A stretch of DNA of 63,824 bases, the filler included, from Trichomonas gallinae (Eukaryota), in the NCBI GenBank assembly GCA_008369845.1. It is 6 parts of 6 records of this genome, joined end to end, with 100 filler letters (N's around TTAATTAATTAA, not from the genome) between each part and the next. Parts side by side here need not be neighbours in the genome. Positions count along the whole stretch, not along the records: positions 59,501 to 62,707 come from MRSU01000365.1; positions 62,808 to 63,824 come from MRSU01000433.1; 4 more parts are not named here. The stretch is one strand, 5' to 3'. The translations under genes and the position numbers were made by a program. The notes below the pieces were generated by a model. It had not been told where the DNA came from and did not search any database. It saw only the letters and a program-made list of their open reading frames with translations. Below are positions 60,292 to 63,824 of the stretch, piece after piece (position 1 is the stretch's first letter; every line of letters starts with the position of its first letter).

Positions 60292-60886
60292 TTGTGAATT
60301 AGTTTGTAAAGCTAAGTCAAGAAATTGAAAAGAACGTAAAAAATCAAAAGCTTTCGAAGTCAACAATGTTAAGACCCCAAAAATTACATTAGTAACAATA
60401 AAGAAAGGGTCCTGGCATCTAGTCTTCCTAAAGTAATTTAAAATTAAAACTATGAATAGAATTGTAAAAATAACGGTTATTGTTATAAATGGAAATTCGT
60501 CATATACAGAAAATCAAGCAGCATTTTGATTGTCATTGGTTTTGAGCTTGGATAGAAGGAAATCTTTTTATATTTACATGACAAATTTGCACGTAAACTT
60601 AATACGATAGTGTAAATTTGACATGTAAACTAAAATATATAGAATTTCAAAAATCTATAAGAGATTCATAGAGTTTAAACTATCTCATTTTCTTGTATCA
60701 ATAAATGATGGAATAAGGCAATATCTGAAAATTTTCATATCAAAATATCTTTGTGGAAAAGCAAATGCTAGGTTAAAATTAGACATCCTTGAACTAAAAT
60801 CAAGATATATAAGGAAATGAAGAGCTAATTTGAATATTCATAAAAGATATATATTAGAAATAAAGATAATTTCGGATATATAGTAG

Positions 60887-61177
60887 CTATTGTGTTTCTA
60901 AATTAGAATCACGATGAAATTCGGATGGATCTATGTGAATATCTTCATAAATTTCAGGTTGCTGTGCTTTTGACTCGAGAACACCGGGTATTACTTCCAT
61001 TTCAATTATACGATCATCATTTGGATTTAAAGTCTCGCAAGAGATTTCATTTGGATCGCCACCTGCTTCAAGGAACTTTTGTATTCTATCATTGTCTTCC
61101 TTAAGGATTTTTGTAAAAGCAGCCGCTCTATCTAAAAGAGGAGAATGCGCAACAGAATAAATTTGCGAAGGCTCCAT
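60887..61177 (-). CDS. NOPCHAP1/C12orf45 (DUF4598)-like protein
   Basis: SPLLDRAAAF...L.EDN.RI...IEMEVIPGVLE resembles the family pattern SPLLD....FLP.M..AN..L....IEMD..LGVLE. ATG 61177. Confidence 0.6.
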   Translation of the reverse strand: MEPSQIYSVAHSPLLDRAAAFTKILKEDNDRIQKFLEAGGDPNEISCETLNPNDDRIIEMEVIPGVLESKAQQPEIYEDIHIDPSEFHRDSNLETQ

Positions 61178-61328
61178 TTTATGACATGTGACATGATATT
61201 TCGACATGTGATATGAAATTGTGATTTTTCCAAAAACCAATATTTAATATGTATTAGATGAGTAGATCCAATTTATCATAAAAATTTAGATTTTTGCTTT
61301 TTTTTCGAAAAAAATTGTAAACTGATAT

Positions 61329-61895
61329 ATGAATAAGTTTCAGCTTTCACAGTGTGATAGAATTATTGATAAGTTAATTGATTCCCCTCTTTGCACCCCG
61401 TTCATTCATCTAGTTGATCCTATCGCTGATGGAGCCCCGGATTACAATGAAATTGTTAAGCAGCCGATGGCCTTAGAAGTAATTAAACGTAAAATTCAAT
61501 CAAAAGATTATAAAACAATGGATGACTTTAAACAGGACGTAAATTTGATTTGGTCTAATGCTGTTGCTTACAATGGCGAAGATACAATTTACTCATATAT
61601 GGCCAAAGAGAGCAAAATATGGTTTAATGAAATGGTAAATAGATTTACTGATTCTCAAGAAACAGATTGGACTCGAAAATTGCAATCCACAATCATTAAA
61701 TTAAATAAATTACTCTCAAATCCACCAGAAGAATGCGATCCAAATGGTCTTATACGTAAAGAAGCTCAAGAAGAAGCTGAAAATGAAAATATAGAAAATA
61801 ATGTTAATGATAATAAAAATGAACCAGAGAATCAAGAAAAGCCAAAAGAAAATGTTCCTAGTGAGGGGCAAAGTGAATCTACTAAATCTAATTAA
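61329..61895 (+). CDS. Bromodomain-containing protein
   Basis: PF..LVDP..DGAPDY..IVKQPM.L..IK.KI....Y.....F..DV.LIWSNA..YN, with the acetyl-lysine-binding Asn conserved. Confidence 0.95.
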   Translation: MNKFQLSQCDRIIDKLIDSPLCTPFIHLVDPIADGAPDYNEIVKQPMALEVIKRKIQSKDYKTMDDFKQDVNLIWSNAVAYNGEDTIYSYMAKESKIWFNEMVNRFTDSQETDWTRKLQSTIIKLNKLLSNPPEECDPNGLIRKEAQEEAENENIENNVNDNKNEPENQEKPKENVPSEGQSESTKSN

Positions 61896-62241
61896 ACTGT
61901 TAACTGTATATTCATATTAATTAACTTTAATAATGGAATTGACCACAGATATATATGTTTTATATCATCAGTTTTCTACCCCTAATATAGAAATTGTTTT
62001 AAATATTAAAGAAATAAAAAATTTGAAATATTATAGATATTGCCATTTTTTGCATATAATTATTAAGTTTATTTTATTGAGATATGGAATATAATATAGA
62101 GAATTCGTTAAAAATGAATGGAAAAAAATTGATTTTGAAATAATTGAGATATAAGAATTTTAGTAAAGAAAACGGGTTTAAAATTTTATATGGGATATAA
62201 AAATGAATTAAAAAATCATTTTGGTCTTCGACTGCGGTTCT

Positions 62242-62262
62242 AGCGGTTTTCCCTCGGCCTTT
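62242..62262 (+). promoter_or_regulatory. M3 + M5 core promoter of RPS8
   Basis: AGCGGTTT (M3, DRCSGYTD) at 62242-62249, then CCTTT (M5) at 62258-62262, 8 nt before the ATG. This is the Inr-independent architecture described in Trichomonas vaginalis. Confidence 0.7.
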
Positions 62263-62270
62263 TTCGCAAA

Positions 62271-62707
62271 ATGGGTATCACACGTATGGGAGATCTTAAG
62301 CACACAAAGTCCGGTGCTCGCTCAACAGCCTGGCGTAAGAAACGTAACTTCCTTGCCGGCCGTCCATCTGCCCAGACACGTATCGGTGAGAAGAGAATCC
62401 ACGCCGTCCGCGTTCGTGGTGGCAACCTCAAGATGCGTGCTCTCCGTCTCGAGACAGGCACATTCGCTTGGGCCTCTGAGAACTGCACACGTAAGACACG
62501 TATCCTTAACGTTACATACCACCCAGCTGACAACGATCTTGTCCGCACAAACACACTTGCCCGTGGCTCCGTCGTTTCCATCGATGCTGCTCCATTCAAG
62601 CAGTGGTACGAACGCCAGTTCGGCAAAGCTCTCGGCAAGTCCCAGTACGTCAAGCCAGAGAAGGTCACAGACAAGATGACACAGCGCTGGGCTGCTAACA
62701 AGGATGG
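62271..62707 (+). CDS. RPS8: 40S ribosomal protein S8 (eS8), 3'-truncated by the linker
   Basis: MGITR...RKKR...GRP...T.IG...IH.VRVRGGNLKMRALRL..G.F.W.SE...RKTRI..V.Y...N.LVRTNTL; highly biased codon usage. Confidence 0.97.
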
Positions 62708-62807
62708 NNNNNNNNNNNNNNNNNNNNNNNNNNNNNNNNNNNNNNNNNNNNTTAATTAATTAANNNNNNNNNNNNNNNNNNNNNNNNNNNNNNNNNNNNN
62801 NNNNNNN
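62708..62807. other. Artificial contig linker
   Basis: N44-TTAATTAATTAA-N44. Confidence 0.98.
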
Positions 62808-63060
62808 CCACAGTTTGCACTAGGTCCTATTATAGGGGGTGAATCTAACAAATCATATAAATATGACAAAATATAATAAATATTCGACAAGCAGTTATCC
62901 TCTTTTTTTATGATTAAACGAAAAAATATATTCTATATGAATTAAAAATAAACATTTAATTGATTTTAAAAATAAAAAGTAGTCTTGTCAGTTTTAAACC
63001 TTAAAAAGATTAACTGTTCACTTTTGACGTAGTGTTAAATGTCACACTTTCGTGTCAACA

Positions 63061-63822
63061 CTACAAAATTAATTCATTTTCTTCGTTTTCGCGAACATAA
63101 ACAGCCATGGTTGCTCTAGTTGACGCTTCATTTAGAACTTCTTGCCTATCTTCTCTAGTTACAATTTGGTCATTATAGCAGAGGAAATCGGAAGTGTGAC
63201 TGATAAATGCTTTATAATGACCATTATTATGTGAAGGCCCATAATGACAAATCAATGCAAAGAGATGATATCTTTTTGTGTTGTTTCTAATAATTTCTGG
63301 AATTTCCATAACATTGTGTGTTTTTGAGAATCCATTGCATCTACCTATATGAATATTCAGAAATTCAGGATAATTCGTCACACACAACTTTTGAATTCTT
63401 CCATTATCAATTTCAATCCCAGAATAATAAGAGTTAATTTGATCTTCTAAAGATGTGTTGATGTCTGGATTTACGTACATTTCAATATCTGGGAATTCAA
63501 CACAATTCTGTAAAATTCCATCTTGAGCATAAATTTGATAGAAACCATCTGTTTTATATTTAGATAGAATATCATTAGAGAACGAATGGAGCATTTTAAA
63601 ATAAAATTCATTTGCATCTTCTTGTATAAATATATCAGCATCGAAATAAGAGAGAATGAGTAATGGTTGTGCATATTGATTTTCTTTGTTACACATCATT
63701 TCGATTAATTCTTTCATTATTTTTTCAAGGTCCGTTTTTTGATTATCTATAATAAGTTTTCTAATTGTTTTGTTTTGAACAATAATTTGAATTGCGGAAT
63801 TGCAAAAACATGTTTGTGAATA
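63061..63822 (-). CDS. Ubiquitin-specific protease (peptidase C19), 5' end outside the window
   Basis: The frame is open to the window end and adds the Cys box YSQTCFCNSAIQ upstream of the listed ATG. Also QEDANEF, His box LFALICHYG..HNNGHYKAFI, and YNDQIV. Confidence 0.9.
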   Translation of the reverse strand, partial: YSQTCFCNSAIQIIVQNKTIRKLIIDNQKTDLEKIMKELIEMMCNKENQYAQPLLILSYFDADIFIQEDANEFYFKMLHSFSNDILSKYKTDGFYQIYAQDGILQNCVEFPDIEMYVNPDINTSLEDQINSYYSGIEIDNGRIQKLCVTNYPEFLNIHIGRCNGFSKTHNVMEIPEIIRNNTKRYHLFALICHYGPSHNNGHYKAFISHTSDFLCYNDQIVTREDRQEVLNEASTRATMAVYVRENEENELIL

Positions 63823-63824
63823 AT

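Noticed and set aside
20357..62763. TTAATTAATTAA repeated five times inside N-runs
   Set aside because: Synthetic six-frame-stop linker for concatenating contigs; not biological.
62808..62828. CCACAGTTTGCACTAGGTCC at contig start as a possible transposon right end
   Set aside because: No convincing target-site duplication or partner terminus is visible in the window.
832..63674. Numerous 60-200 aa ORFs nested in or antisense to long genes (e.g. 57695-58303, 62221-62679, 62240-62701)
   Set aside because: Shadow frames from codon bias of the real genes; no independent motifs.

Overview
AT-rich eukaryotic DNA with densely packed, apparently intronless genes. It looks like a trichomonad (parabasalid) genome: BspA-like, Bap-like, DUF3447-ankyrin and R2R3-Myb genes are present, along with Trichomonas-type Inr/M2/M3/M5 core-promoter motifs. 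The window is at least six contigs joined by artificial 100-nt linkers (N44-TTAATTAATTAA-N44), so adjacency across linkers is not biological evidence. Recognisable genes: a giant BEACH/WD40 protein, a UBL-UBA protein, a type I membrane protein, a divergent ketopantoate-reductase-family enzyme, two VPS9-like proteins, a GRIP golgin, a PPP phosphatase, WDR17, an ankyrin protein, a decayed CHD-type remodeler with FYRN/FYRC, Myb, an atypical Hsp70, two convergent Bap-like genes, a NOPCHAP1-like protein, a bromodomain protein, RPS8 and a USP. There are also BspA pseudogenes and transposon fragments. The most striking unexplained signals are (i) a 13-bp quasi-palindromic motif TTTACATG[ATG]CAAA that I found only in intergenic DNA (9 exact copies plus variants), (ii) a ~140-bp-period repeat/spacer array built around that motif, (iii) a candidate three-way-junction RNA at 20509-20617, and (iv) an undescribed 84-85 aa duplicated domain in the UBL-UBA protein. 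All calls are by eye; no searches were run.
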